Of a DNA stretch of 64,000 bases, positions 29,018 through 39,855 are shown piece by piece. Position numbers and translations under genes: made by a program. Every line of letters begins with the position of its first letter. The first letter of the stretch is position 1. Source of the DNA: Candidatus Latescibacterota bacterium (GTDB taxonomy: Bacteria > Latescibacterota > UBA2968 > UBA8231); NCBI GenBank assembly GCA_965215195.1, contig CBDCDC010000002.1:1216001-1280000 (forward strand), given 5' to 3'. Below the pieces are notes generated by a model, which saw only the letters and a program-made list of their open reading frames with translations, had not been told where the DNA came from and did no database searches.

Positions 29018-30781
29018 CTACTGGTTTTCCGCGTCGTCCACGGCTTGATACGCAACCATCTCCCAGCCGTGAAACACCACCGCCAAGCCAATGTGCCGCA
29101 CCGACGGGGAGCGGCGGCGCAGGGACGGGTCCGCCAAATAGCCGCGCACCTGAAGCACGGCCTCCTGCACCTTGTCCGCTAGTAGGGATTCGTCAAGCGA
29201 CTCGCTTCGTTTCACATACTTGAGTTCCAACACATAGCCGAAACCCACGTCGGGATACTGGGCGAGGAACGGCTCCAAATACAAATCCGCGTACCCCTTG
29301 TTCAGTTCGTACTCCGAGTGCAGTAGAAACTGATCCACCCTGCTCAAGTGGGCGGCGACAAAACCGTGGATGACCTTCTCGCCGTCCATGTAATCGCGGA
29401 TGCCGGTTTGCTCGGCGAGGGCATCGCGCAAAAAATCGAGGGCCGGCCGCCAAGCGCCATCGTAGGCCATCTGGCGCATCAGACGGGAGAAGGTGTACCC
29501 ATCGACGGAGAACACCTCCACATCGCCGTAGGCATCGCGCAGGTAGCCGTACATTAGCCGCTTGACCGTTTGATTGGGAATGCCCAACCGGGGCACTCCG
29601 TGCGCCACAGCGCGAATGCTGAGCAGGCCGAAGTAATACAGCAGGGACAGGAAGTTTTCGCGTTGGTCTAACTGTTCTAGCGGAAAACTGATTTGAATGT
29701 CACTCTCGGCGGTCTGCTCGCCGATGATGTGGCGCAGCAGGTCGAAGTTGCCGTTGAGTTGGCGATTGACCGTCAGCAGGTGGCGCAACTTGCCGTAGTC
29801 AATGCGCACGTTGGTATCGATCAATTCCCGCGGCCCCCGTTTGTTTGGCATGGATTCATCGAGGAAATAGAGCACCATGTCGGTGTTGTACAGGTCGCCT
29901 TGGGCATCCTCGGCGAACCGATAGCCATTGTACCACTCCCGCATCACCGCCAGCGCGGCTTCGACCTCTTGATTGAACACACCGCAGTCGTGGTACATTT
30001 CCAGCAGGCCCCGCACCTCCTCTTCGGTGAAGCCGAGCATGTTGTTGAACTCCGGGCGCAAGCTGATGTTGCGGCCAATGTTGAAGCCGCTGGTCACGTC
30101 GTCCATGGTAATCGGTGACACCCCGGTGATGAAAAGCCGCTCCAAGCCGCCGCCGCTCTGCTCGGCACCGACCTTGAGCGTGGCGAAGAAATTGCGGTAG
30201 AAGCCGCCGCCGTGAGTGAAGGACTGGTACGCCGCCTCGCCGTGATAGGCCAGCACCGTGTTGGCGAAGTTGTCGTATTCGTCGATGAGCACATACAGCG
30301 GAATGCCGTGGTCGTTGGCGTACAGGAACAACTCGTTGAGCTGCCCAGTGACCGAGTGCGGCGAGCGGATGTGCTGCCGCGCCGCCTCGGGAAACAAATC
30401 CGCATTGCGCTCCAGCGCATACCGGACCACCAGTTGACAATACTCTTCAAAGCGTTCTCGCAAGGTTTCCAAGGTATCGTCAAACGCCGAAAAGTTGAAG
30501 CGCAGGACGACGTAGCGATGGCGGTTTTCCGTCGGCTGCTGCCCCAAGTGAGTGCCGCCGAAGACGGCCTCAAATTCGTCGGCGCGGTTGCGGTCGTAGT
30601 AATTCTCTAGCAAGGACACCCAGCAGGTCTTGCCAAAGCGGCGCGGACGAATCAGAAAGACGTAGCGTTCCCCTTCGAGCGCGTGGACGAAGCGGGTCTT
30701 ATCGACGTAGAGGCGCTTTTCCAAGCGGATGGCGCGGAAATTGGCCCAGCCGTAGGGGATGCGCGGGTAGGATGCAGTCAT
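29018..30781 (-). CDS. AAA-ATPase-like / PD-(D/E)XK nuclease protein, copy 1
   Basis: IPYG..F..IR...LYVDKT, RPRRFGKT, LIDEYD, FITGV, C-terminal GYADL..ELKY. Confidence 0.9.
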   Translation of the reverse strand: MTASYPRIPYGWANFRAIRLEKRLYVDKTRFVHALEGERYVFLIRPRRFGKTCWVSLLENYYDRNRADEFEAVFGGTHLGQQPTENRHRYVVLRFNFSAFDDTLETLRERFEEYCQLVVRYALERNADLFPEAARQHIRSPHSVTGQLNELFLYANDHGIPLYVLIDEYDNFANTVLAYHGEAAYQSFTHGGGFYRNFFATLKVGAEQSGGGLERLFITGVSPITMDDVTSGFNIGRNISLRPEFNNMLGFTEEEVRGLLEMYHDCGVFNQEVEAALAVMREWYNGYRFAEDAQGDLYNTDMVLYFLDESMPNKRGPRELIDTNVRIDYGKLRHLLTVNRQLNGNFDLLRHIIGEQTAESDIQISFPLEQLDQRENFLSLLYYFGLLSIRAVAHGVPRLGIPNQTVKRLMYGYLRDAYGDVEVFSVDGYTFSRLMRQMAYDGAWRPALDFLRDALAEQTGIRDYMDGEKVIHGFVAAHLSRVDQFLLHSEYELNKGYADLYLEPFLAQYPDVGFGYVLELKYVKRSESLDESLLADKVQEAVLQVRGYLADPSLRRRSPSVRHIGLAVVFHGWEMVAYQAVDDAENQ

Positions 30782-30902
30782 GGCGACTCCTAAAACGAGT
30801 TGACGTACCTGAGCGTAAGGTTTGAGTGTACCGAGCGCAACGTGCGGGGGCCATTGAGCCGTCAATGCTTGCGAGTCGTCCAAGCAATGTTGTCTTTACT
30901 AG

Positions 30903-31054
30903 CTTAGTACACGACCCCTAAAGTAGGCGCCCCTTACTTTGAGTACGCCTTTTCTGCTGTTTCCGCTGGGTCCGGGATCGCGGGCGTCCCGCCCTCGACG
31001 AGGGCAAGATGCCCTCGATCCTTGGCAGGCTGAGGGCTGGTGTCGTGTAGTAAG
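30903..31054. mobile_element. 152-bp MITE copy 2 (inverted relative to copy 1)
   Basis: TIR CTTAGTACACGAC / GTCGTGTAGTAAG; degenerate 9-bp flanks CTTTACTAG / CTCAACTAG. Confidence 0.8.
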
Positions 31055-31116
31055 CTCAACTAGTAAAGAATGTAAGAACCTTTGCTCTTTTTACCTCTAC
31101 CAAGGCCAATCCACGT

Positions 31117-31338
31117 ATGGACCCGATCCGAATTAGCACGATCTCATCCAAGGGCCAGACCACGGTGCCCGTGGCCATTCGCCGCTCGCTGGACCTGCAT
31201 CCGGGGGATGCCATCGCCTATCGAATAGAGGGCGATAAGGTAAGCATCTGCAAAGCCGCGAAAATCGACCTAGCGTGGGCTAGGGCCCTCGAACAGACCT
31301 TGACGGAGTGGCAGGACGAGGAAGACGATGATCTGTAG
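31117..31338 (+). CDS. AbrB/MazE/SpoVT-family antitoxin
   Basis: STISSKGQTTVPVAIRRSLDLHPGDAIAY; acidic tail EWQDEEDDDL overlapping the toxin start. Confidence 0.88.
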   Translation: MDPIRISTISSKGQTTVPVAIRRSLDLHPGDAIAYRIEGDKVSICKAAKIDLAWARALEQTLTEWQDEEDDDL

Positions 31339-31622
31339 CCCTTTTGACATCGTCGAGGTGCCTTTCCCGTTCAGCGATGTGCCCCGCTCCAAACGCCGCA
31401 AGGCATTCGCTGTTTTCAACCAGAAAAACGCCTCCAGCCTGCTCATGATGATCACCAGTGCCACCCGCAGTGCTTGGCATCTCGATGTGTCCATTGAGCA
31501 GTGGCACCAAGCGGGCTTGCCCGGATGAAACTGTTCACGTTGGACAACGGACGATGGGGCGCTTGACCGCGGAAGACCAGCGGCGGGTAACGCAGGCATT
31601 GCGAGCGGCCCTGCCCTGCTGA
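31328..31622 (+). pseudogene. PemK/MazF toxin, frameshifted
   Basis: FDIVEVPFPFSD..KRR..MITS..W..AGL, then KLFTLD and GRLTAEDQRRVTQAL in other frames. Confidence 0.8.
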
Positions 31623-31826
31623 CTTAAAACTCCCAACCACCTGACAATCGCATCACCTTTTGCGGATTCGCTTCGACTGAGCTCGCCGAAGGGTTTCCGC
31701 CAAGTACGCGGGCAGCCTGCCCGCCAGCGGATTTGTTAATTTTTGTGGGACTGGCAAGCGGACCAGGGTTTCCACTACGCCGGTCTTCAACACCAATTCC
31801 CACCTCCCCATGCGTTCCTAGCGCAC

Positions 31827-32019
31827 TGCGACAATTGGGACGCACTTGCTCTAACCTATTGTAAACACGCGAAATAGAAGTTAAACGGATGTACAGGTGC
31901 GTCGAAAGGGTGCAATTGCAGCGCGATTCGGCGTTTTGTCTGGAATGTCCTCATTTCTTGTAACTATCTGTATAACAATCAGTTGTGGTCTTATAGGTCA
32001 GATTGGCACGGAATTTGCA
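31827..32019 (+). promoter_or_regulatory. sigma54 promoter module 2
   Basis: TGCGACAATTGGGACGCA, TGCGTCGAAAGGGTGCA, TGGCACGGAATTTGCA at 32004-32019. Confidence 0.88.
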
Positions 32020-32200
32020 AAGTGTGAAAGTAGGCCCCAGCCGCTAAGGAGCGGAATTGACGGGCAGCTTTTTCGCCCACTCACAAGAGGAGATCAACCA
32101 TGACCCTGCACCCCTTAGCCGAGATCAGATACCGTCGGCCCGAGGAATGGTCCCCGTGGGCATAGCCTCGTTCGACGCCGCGAAGAAATGCACCATCCAC

Positions 32201-32326
32201 GGCCTGTGTGAAAACCCCCGGCGGACCGCGTTTAGCGAGGGCGAGACGCCCGCGGAGGGAGCAGTTGTCGAGGGCGAGACGCCCGCGATCCTAAAGGGAC
32301 GATACCCGGAATTTTCAGACCGCTTC
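32201..32326. mobile_element. Short MITE/REP-like insertion
   Basis: Imperfect ends CTGTGTGAAAA / TTTTCAGACCG; internal 19-bp direct repeat CGAGGGCGAGACGCCCGCG (32236, 32269); absent from the homologous leader at 51500-51700. Confidence 0.55.
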
Positions 32327-32376
32327 TTAGTCGGCTACATCAAGCACCTCAATTCTTAGGACAAGGCAAGCCTGAT

Positions 32377-35300
32377 ATGCGTGCGATACGCTGGATCCTC
32401 GACCATCCCGTTGCGGTATTCACCACGGTAGCTACCCTCGGCATACTAGCGGCTGCGAGTTTCGCGGTCATCTCGGTCGAGCTGTCGCCGCCGAGTAATC
32501 TGCCCGAGTTGCGCGTCACTGTGCAATGGCCCGGGGCCTCGGCCTTCACCGTAGAATCCGAGGTAACGCAGCCGCTGGAGTCGTTGGTTCAGCAGTTGGA
32601 CCACGTCACCAGCATGCGCTCGCAGACCCGGGAAGGCTCCACCGAACTCGTGGTGCAATTCGACGCCAAGGCGAATATCGGCTTGCTCGAAGTAGAACTG
32701 AACGAACGAGTTTACCAGCTCTACCAGACCATGTCCGAAGGCGTCTTATGGCCTGTGATCCAGCGCTCGGTGCCCGAGGAATTGGCCGACTTAGCTGGCT
32801 TCCTCAGCTACCGCTTGTACGGCGACCGGCGACCGGGCGAGTTGCGCGAGTACGCGGAAACCCGCATCCAAAAGGCCCTGCTCGCAGTGGCTGGCATCAA
32901 AGACGTGCAGTTGGAGGGAGGTAAGCCGCTCGAACTGGTGATCGAGATAGACGGGAAAGCCGCGACCAGTGCGGGCCTTTCCAGCGAAGATATAGAGGCG
33001 TTGCAGCAGCAGTTGAGCGGCGGCAAATCGAGCTTGGGAACGCTGTGGGACGCCGGCACCGCGAAAAAGGTGCGCTTTGACGCGAGCTATGACGATATAG
33101 AAGCACTCAAGCGGATGCTCGTCGGCTCGGCCGCGGTGCGCTTGGGACATATTGCGCGGGTCTATTGGGGCGCCCCCGACGACTTTAGCCGCATCCGCAT
33201 CAACGGGAAAAACTCCGTATTGATCACCATAGAGAAGTACCCGGGGATAGACCTGCTCGAAACGTCCGCCGCGGTCAAGGCTGCCATGGCGCGTGCCATG
33301 CGGGACGCGCCGCTGGGCATCGGTTTGGTAAAAGAGCTGGACAAGGGCGAGGACTTGGAGAAGGAATTGGCCAAGATCGGCAAACGCTCCTTTTTCGCGG
33401 TGCTGTTCATTGCCGCCATCGTCGTCTCGACCTACAAGAGGGTGTCGGCGACCTTGCTTATCTGGGGCACCATCCTGCTGGTGCTGGCCTACACCGTCGG
33501 TCTGCTCCACCTCGCGGGTATGACCCTGAACGTGTTGACCTTGGCCGGCTTGACTGTCGGCTACGGCCTGAGTGTGGATAACTCGGTCGTGGTGTACGAC
33601 AGCGTCCAACGCCACCTAACAACGGGCGAGAGCGGCTCGGCCCAGCAGCGCATCCTCGCCGGGGTCGCCGCGGTGCTGAAACCCCTGCTGGCCTCCAACC
33701 TGACGACCATCGGAGCCTTGCTGCCGGTCTTTTTCCTGTCGCAAACCCTGCAACTCTACTTCAAGCCCGTGGCCTTGGCGCTCGGTGCCACGGTGCTCTT
33801 TTCCTTCCTCGTCTCCTGCCTGCTGCTGCCGCCCCTAATGCTGGTGCTAAACAGGCGGGGAGAAAGTGCGGCTTAGATGTCCCGAACATACATTGCCTTG
33901 CTCGGCTTCTGCTGCAAGCACCGCCGGATTATGCTGGCGGTCTTGGTGTTGCTGTGGGGCCTGCCCGTCTGGCTGCTGCCCGACTCCATCGGCGAGGACG
34001 GCGCAGTGGCCCGCGCGTACGAGGACTGGTGGATGGACCCACAGTTCGACGAGGAAACCAAACCCCTGCTGCTCAAGGTGCTGGGCGGTGCCTCGTATCT
34101 GTTTTTTCAAAAGGTCTATAAGGGCGAAGTCTTTGGCCGAGAAGCCGAGCAGAGCCTACGGATTTCTTTTACCATGCCGAGCAACGTGCCGATCCAAAAG
34201 ATGGAGGAAATATGTTTCGGATTTGAAGCGGCCTTGGCCCCGTACATGGAGCAAATAGAGAAAGTGGCGGTCAACTACTCGCCCAAATCGGCGCTGATGG
34301 AGATCGTCTTGGCCGAGGGTGCCGACCCTCTCGTATTTCCCAAAAAGGTGTACGCGGCCCTAGCCGGACACGCGGCTAATGTCGGCGGGGTGGGGGTTTC
34401 AGTAAGCGGGTTTGGCTTCCAGCATCACCAGTCTCTCTTGAGCGACTTTGCCCAGTTTTCGCTCGCGGCCAAGGGCAGCGACTATCTCAAGCTGCGGGAG
34501 GTAGCCGAACAATTCGCCGACAAACTCGCCCACAACAAGCGCATCCGCGATGTGGATATAGACGCAGTGGCCCGTTACAGCGTTGATGAGCCTTATGAGA
34601 TGATAGGCCGCTTGGACGCCAGCGCGATCAGCGCGTACGGGCTGGACCACAGCCGCGTGGCCGAGGCGTTGAGGCAGCAGACGACCGCAGCGTCGCGGAG
34701 GAGCCTGTGGGTCGCTGGCGAGTTGCAGGACGTGGCCATCAAGTTTCGCGGGGCCGACGTTGCCGCTAGCGACGCGGTGAAGGGGGCGGGTCTCGGCGAC
34801 CACGTGCGGCTCGGCCACCTAATCCAACTCGAAAAAAGCAGGATCCAGCCTGAAATAGCGCGGGAAGACCAAACGTACGTGCGCCGGATAAACCTCAACT
34901 ACTTGGGGTCGCGTGAGCACGGGGAAAAACTCATCGACCTGTTCATCAAGCGCACCAAATTCCCCTATGGTTTCAGCATCGCCCGCCAAGCGTCCTATTG
35001 GTACTTGGAAGAGGACAACAGAAAGGAACTCATGGCCGTTCTGGGCGTGGCCGTGTTGGTCGTATGGATGATCGCCGCCTGCCTCTTTGAGTCTTGGACC
35101 AAGCCCTTTTTGGTGCTGTTAGCGGTTCCCATGGCGCTGATTGGCCTGTTCGATGCGTTCTATTTTTTAGGGGCCAGCTTTGACACTGGCGGCTATATCG
35201 CGGTGCTCTTTTTGGCTGGCATAGCGGTCAACAACGCCTTTCTCATGCTGTACCAGATGGATGAGAAGGCCAAAGCAGGGGCTGGCGACCTTGCGGCCGA

Positions 35301-35535
35301 GGTATTCGCGGCCGCGGCCCAGCGCCTCAAGCCGATTGCCATTACCACCCTGACTACGTTGGCCGGGCTCCTGCCCATCGTCTTGTTCGAGGATACCGAG
35401 AGTATATGGTATCCGCTGGCCGTGGGTGTGACCGGCGGCTTGGTCGCTTCGTCGGTTTTGTTGCCGATTTACTTACCTATGCTATACCTGAGCCTGCACC
35501 GGGCGACGGAACGACCCAAGTCATCAGCCGCTTGA
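32377..35535 (+). pseudogene. RND efflux permease 2, split by an in-frame TAG (32377-33876 and 33877-35535)
   Basis: 499 aa and 552 aa halves in one frame (GCT TAG ATG); GLSVDNSVVV in the first, GIAVNNAF and RLKPIAITT in the second. Confidence 0.8.
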
Positions 35536-36395
35536 CCGTTTGATTGGGAATGCCCAACCGAGGCACACCGTATGACACATCGCGAATGCTAAGTAGGCCG
35601 AAGTAGTACAGCAGCGACAGGAAGTTCTCGGGCCGGTTTAGCCGGTCCAAGGGAAAGCTGAGTTGGATGTTGCTTTCGGCGGTCTGCTCGCCGGTGAGGT
35701 GGCGCAGCAGGTCGTTGAGTTGGCGGTTGACCGGCAGCAGGTGCCGCAACTTGCCGTAGTCAATGCGTACGTTGGGGTTGAGCAACTCGTCCGGCATGGG
35801 TCGGTTCGGTATGGAAGCCTTTAGATAGTAGAGAACCATGTCGGTGTTGTAGAGAACGCTCTCGGCGTCCTCGGCGAACCGATAGCCGTTGTACCACTCC
35901 TGCATCACTTCTAGCGCGGCTTCTACTTCCTGATTGAACACGCCGTAGTCGCGGTACATCTCCAGCAGGCCCCGCACCTCAGCCTCGGTGAAGCCGAGCA
36001 TGTTGTTGAACTCTGGTTCCAAGCTGATGTTGCGGCCGATGTTGAAGCCGCTGGTGACGTCGTCCATGGTGATCGGCAACACCCCGGTGATGAACAGCCG
36101 CTCGATCCCGCCACCGCTTTGCCCGGCTCCCGCCTTGAGCGTGGCGAAAAAGTTGCGATAGAAGTCGCCGCCGTGGTCGAAGGACTGGTAGGCTTCGGCC
36201 CCGCGATGCGCCAGCACGGTGTTGGCAAAATGGTCGTACTCGTCGAGGGGCTAGCGCCGTTTCAGGTATTTGAGTTCAAGCACGTAGCCGTACCGGATAT
36301 TGGGATACTGGGCAAGGAATGGCTCTAGATACAGATCGGCATACCCCTTGTTCAGTTCGTACTCCGAGTGGAGCAGAAACTGCCCACCATGCTCA
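35522..36395 (-). pseudogene. AAA-ATPase/PD-(D/E)XK remnant (two fragments)
   Basis: Middle fragment DEYDHFANTVLA...QTVKRLM (about 35522-36247) and C-terminal fragment EYELNKGYADLYLEPF..ELKY (about 36255-36395). Confidence 0.85.
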
Positions 36396-36396
36396 C

Positions 36397-36669
36397 ATGG
36401 ATCCCGAGATGAAGCTCGAAACACAAGTTAAGCAGGTTATCGTCCAAGCCCTTGAACTGGAGATCGAACCGGAAGAGATCCCGGACGACGAGTTGCTGTT
36501 GGGGGCTGGCATGGGTGCTGATTCGATAGTCATGCTGCAGCTCGTCATGGCCTTGGAAACGCACTTTGCCATTGATGTAGAAGACGAGGAACTGCGGGCG
36601 GAACGGTTTGTGTCGGCGCGATCCATCACCGAATTCGTGCGCGGCAAAATACCGGCGGTAGGGGTTTGA
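36397..36669 (+). CDS. Acyl carrier protein-like
   Basis: Acidic 90 aa with GADSIVMLQLVMALETHFAIDVEDEE (phosphopantetheine Ser motif). Confidence 0.88.
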   Translation: MDPEMKLETQVKQVIVQALELEIEPEEIPDDELLLGAGMGADSIVMLQLVMALETHFAIDVEDEELRAERFVSARSITEFVRGKIPAVGV

Positions 36670-36695
36670 CTACCGGAGAAAGGGAGTTAGCTCTG

Positions 36696-37142
36696 ATGAA
36701 GCGAGTTGTCGGAAAGGCATTGCTGGTAGTGGCGGTCGGCGTCTCCAGCGGCGCGTTGCATAGCTTGGCAAGAGAAGATGGCCAGAGGCTCGAAAATGGT
36801 GTGCATGTGATTGATCTGGGAGCGGCCAAACGGCTCTTTGATCTAAAGGCGGCTGTTTTCGTGGACGCTCGGTCTTCTTGGCCCTACCAGTTGGGGCATG
36901 TGCCCGGGGCGCTCCATGTCCCGCCGTCGGAGATCTCCGCTGCTTTCGGCGCGGAACTAGCCGACCTGTCCAAAGATACCGTGCTGGTCGTGTACTGTTC
37001 GGGTACGACGTGTAACTTGGGCAGCAAACTGGCGCAAAAGCTCGCCGAGGACATGGATTTCACCCGGATCTACGTCTTCGCTGGCGGTTTTCCCCAATGG
37101 GAGGAAGCGGGTTATCCGGTGGAATCAGAAGGCCCTTTCTAA
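36696..37142 (+). CDS. Rhodanese-like domain protein with N-terminal hydrophobic segment
   Basis: FVDARS..Y..GHVPGALHVP, VVYCSGTTC, FAGGFPQWEEAGYP. Confidence 0.9.
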   Translation: MKRVVGKALLVVAVGVSSGALHSLAREDGQRLENGVHVIDLGAAKRLFDLKAAVFVDARSSWPYQLGHVPGALHVPPSEISAAFGAELADLSKDTVLVVYCSGTTCNLGSKLAQKLAEDMDFTRIYVFAGGFPQWEEAGYPVESEGPF

Positions 37143-37567
37143 TGGACAGACTCGCACTCAGGCCCTATCAGGCCCTAGCGATTCGCTTGGTGATGGGCGG
37201 TGTCTTTGTTTGGGCAGGGACCGCCAAGCTCGTGCAGATACCGTCTTTCGTCGAGACGGTCGCCGCCTTTGACATTCTTCCGGTAGATTGGGCTGCGCCG
37301 TTCGCGCTGTCGGTTATCTGGATTGAACTGATCGCCGGCGGCCTCCTGCTGTTGGACATTTGGCCACGCAGCAATGCGTTGGTCGTGTTGGGGCTATTGG
37401 TGGTTTTCAGTGCGGCGCTGGGCATCAATATGTACCGCGGCAACGATGTGACGTGCGGTTGTTTTGGTGGAGACGGGGGTTCCTCGCTGGTTTGGACTTT
37501 GTTGCGCGATTTGTTGTTGGCTGGGGGAGCTGCGGTGCTGCTGGTGCGGAAGGAGCAGAGAAATTAA
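37142..37567 (+). CDS. MauE/DoxX family membrane protein
   Basis: RLVMGGVFVWAGTAK, IELIAG, TCGCFG, LLRDLLL. Confidence 0.9.
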   Translation: MDRLALRPYQALAIRLVMGGVFVWAGTAKLVQIPSFVETVAAFDILPVDWAAPFALSVIWIELIAGGLLLLDIWPRSNALVVLGLLVVFSAALGINMYRGNDVTCGCFGGDGGSSLVWTLLRDLLLAGGAAVLLVRKEQRN

Positions 37568-37568
37568 A

Positions 37569-38624
37569 ATGAAAAGAAAAATACTTGCGGTTGAACTCAA
37601 TCCACCAATAAAGGGCTTTACCGTATTCTCTTTGTCGATATTGGCAACAAATGAGGTGTACTTACCTTGGTTTTACAGCCAACATATACAACTTTATTTT
37701 TCTATAGCACAGATTCAAAAAGGAATTCCCAAAATCGATTTTTATCGACCTCCCAATAGTAGGCTTTTGCCGTCGCCATTACTGGAGACGCGCTGGTTGG
37801 ATCGCGATTTAATTTCCATTGTAAATGAGGATATTGTGCAGTTCGTCGTTAAATATATAGATAGGGACTACTATGTCCAGCTATATTTGAATGAGTTTTA
37901 TATGCCTGATCGGTCGAATTATAATACCCAAAAAAACATACATGAAACATTGATACATGGCTACGATTTGTACGATGAAACGTTTGATATTATTGGATAT
38001 AATAAAATGGGCCAATATGTTTCCTCTAAATTGAAGTTTGCCGATTTTAAGAAGGCATACACAAAAATCGACTATTCGGATTTTAAGGAGGCATATATGC
38101 AAATTAAATACTCGCCTAATCACATGGCCAAAATAGGTCTATTAAAATATGAAAATAATAGACACTATGAGTTTGATCTAAATCTTGTCTCAGAGCAACT
38201 CCGAGATTATATAGAATCGAATAATACTTCCGAAAAATTTCGCATGTTAGATGCGCCAGAAGATGGTATATATGGCATAGAAACGTATTGCTATCTTATT
38301 CATTGTTTATTGGAGCAAAGGAATAACTTTGACATTCGGTTGCTCCACATACTATGGGAACATAAAAAATGTATGTTGAATAGGCTGATATACATGGAGA
38401 ACAAAGGTTATCTTGACCCATCTGAGAATTTGTCAGTTGCTTATAATAAAATAGAAAGAGAAGTTGCGAACTTGCGCTTGGTAATGCTCAGGTTTACCTT
38501 CGGTTCTAAAAAAGAAAATGAGATAGACATGTCTATAAAATATGTAAAAACGAAATTAGAGAAATTAGCTGGTGAAGAAAAGAGGATATTAGCAAGAGTC
38601 CTCTTGCAGTGTGAATCTCTATAG
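37569..38624 (+). CDS. AT-rich hypothetical protein, BtrH_N/papain-fold-like
   Basis: 351 aa; YYVQLYLNEFYMP..IHETLIHGYD resembles BtrH_N/C39-like His-GYD motif; visibly low GC. Confidence 0.55.
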   Translation: MKRKILAVELNPPIKGFTVFSLSILATNEVYLPWFYSQHIQLYFSIAQIQKGIPKIDFYRPPNSRLLPSPLLETRWLDRDLISIVNEDIVQFVVKYIDRDYYVQLYLNEFYMPDRSNYNTQKNIHETLIHGYDLYDETFDIIGYNKMGQYVSSKLKFADFKKAYTKIDYSDFKEAYMQIKYSPNHMAKIGLLKYENNRHYEFDLNLVSEQLRDYIESNNTSEKFRMLDAPEDGIYGIETYCYLIHCLLEQRNNFDIRLLHILWEHKKCMLNRLIYMENKGYLDPSENLSVAYNKIEREVANLRLVMLRFTFGSKKENEIDMSIKYVKTKLEKLAGEEKRILARVLLQCESL

Positions 38625-38882
38625 GCATCATAGAAGAAATCTCAACGCTCGATCAACAGCGATCAGCGTACTTCTCCACCAGTCGCCGCCTTACCCCTCC
38701 CGCTTAGACGCGCCCTTCCTGACGATCTCCGCCATCGGAAGCGAAAGGCCGCGAAAGCCGCGCCACAGGCCGCCGGCGTCCGCTGGGGCCGTTCTAATGC
38801 TCTGTCCTAGTCCGATGCCGTACCCGGTGGGTTGAACCGGATGCGCCCGTCATTAAAAAAAGGCCGGTCAATTATAGCGCAC

Positions 38883-39075
38883 TACGTCCCTTTTGACGCA
38901 CTTGCTCCAAGCTATTGTAAAAACGTGAGATAGAGGGCAAATAGGGAGTTAGGTGCGTCGAAAGGGTGCAATAGAAGCGCGATTCGGCATTTTGTATAAA
39001 ATACCCTAATTTCTTGTAACTCTTTGTCTATCAGTCAGTTACGTCTTTTTAAGTCGGTTTGGCACGGAATGTGCT
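38883..39075 (+). promoter_or_regulatory. sigma54 promoter module 3
   Basis: TACGTCCCTTTTGACGCA, TGCGTCGAAAGGGTGCA (38954), IHF-consensus TATCAGTCAGTTA (39029), TGGCACGGAATGTGCT at 39060-39075. Confidence 0.88.
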
Positions 39076-39487
39076 ATTATAGTAGGTGAGCACGAAAGTA
39101 AGCCGTTGTTGGCTTCAGACGCTAAGGCGCAGGGGCCGACGGGCAGGCTTTCCATCCACCCCATAAGAGGAGGGAAAGATGAACCGCTTTTATCAACATC
39201 CGCTCTCGCCCGCTTGGAGAACGGCTCGCTCTCGTGCCGCGTTGGTAGAGCCATCGTCAATGTCGAGAAGGCATGTAGCCATGACCCTGCACAAATCCGT
39301 GATATACGGCCCGGCCATCGAAGCCGCGCAGGCATTTGCCGCTGTCGGCTGCTTTTCCTTCTCGCGCCATGACACGCCTTTGCCAGCACCATTTAGGGCT
39401 ACCCGTCAGGAGGCCCTTTCGCGACGCTCTTGGCGTCACCATTTGGTTCAATAGAACCTGTCACTTACTACTCAAGGAATTATAGCT

Positions 39488-39628
39488 ATGACCGCTCTGC
39501 ACAAACCCGAACGCGCCACCTACGGCCAAGCCGTCGAGGCCCAAGCGGAATATCGCTTCACCATCTGCTCCAGCGATCCCAAGGCAGCTCTCTGCTGGGA
39601 TGATGGAGACCTCCTGTGCTGCCCGTAA
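39488..39628 (+). CDS. Cys-rich precursor peptide 1: MTALHKPERATYGQAVEAQ-AEYRFTICSSDPKAALCWDDGDLLCCP (46 aa)
   Basis: Hand translation; AAGGA RBS; leader shared with three paralogs. Confidence 0.88.
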   Translation: MTALHKPERATYGQAVEAQAEYRFTICSSDPKAALCWDDGDLLCCP

Positions 39629-39855
39629 GAAGGCCTTGGCGTCCTCACTTGGTTCGATAGAACCTCTCACTTGGGAGGTAGCTGAAAAATCGACCAAGCT
39701 ATGGACGGGCGGAGTGGACCAGAGGTCCTATTGACCCCGGTCCACTCCGCTTGGCTTCAGGCTCAATGATCGTGGGCCTGTAGTCTACTCCTGAGTGGGC
39801 GGCCGAGTCGGTCGCCTGCCCGCTAAATCCCAACCACATACCCAAGGAGGATGTT

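Noticed and set aside
38630-38870. Possible small gene or remnant after the AT-rich gene (also 51090-51270)
   Set aside because: No recognisable motif, RBS or paralog by eye
39106-39392. Track ORFs over promoter/leader modules (39106-39372, 39039-39392, 42467-42775, 48266-48559, 59055-59558)
   Set aside because: They overlap regulatory motifs and their frames are not conserved among copies
39445-39458. LexA (Cheo) box for GGTTC-N4-GAACC
   Set aside because: Half-sites are in the opposite orientation to GAAC-N4-GTTC and the sites are not at promoters
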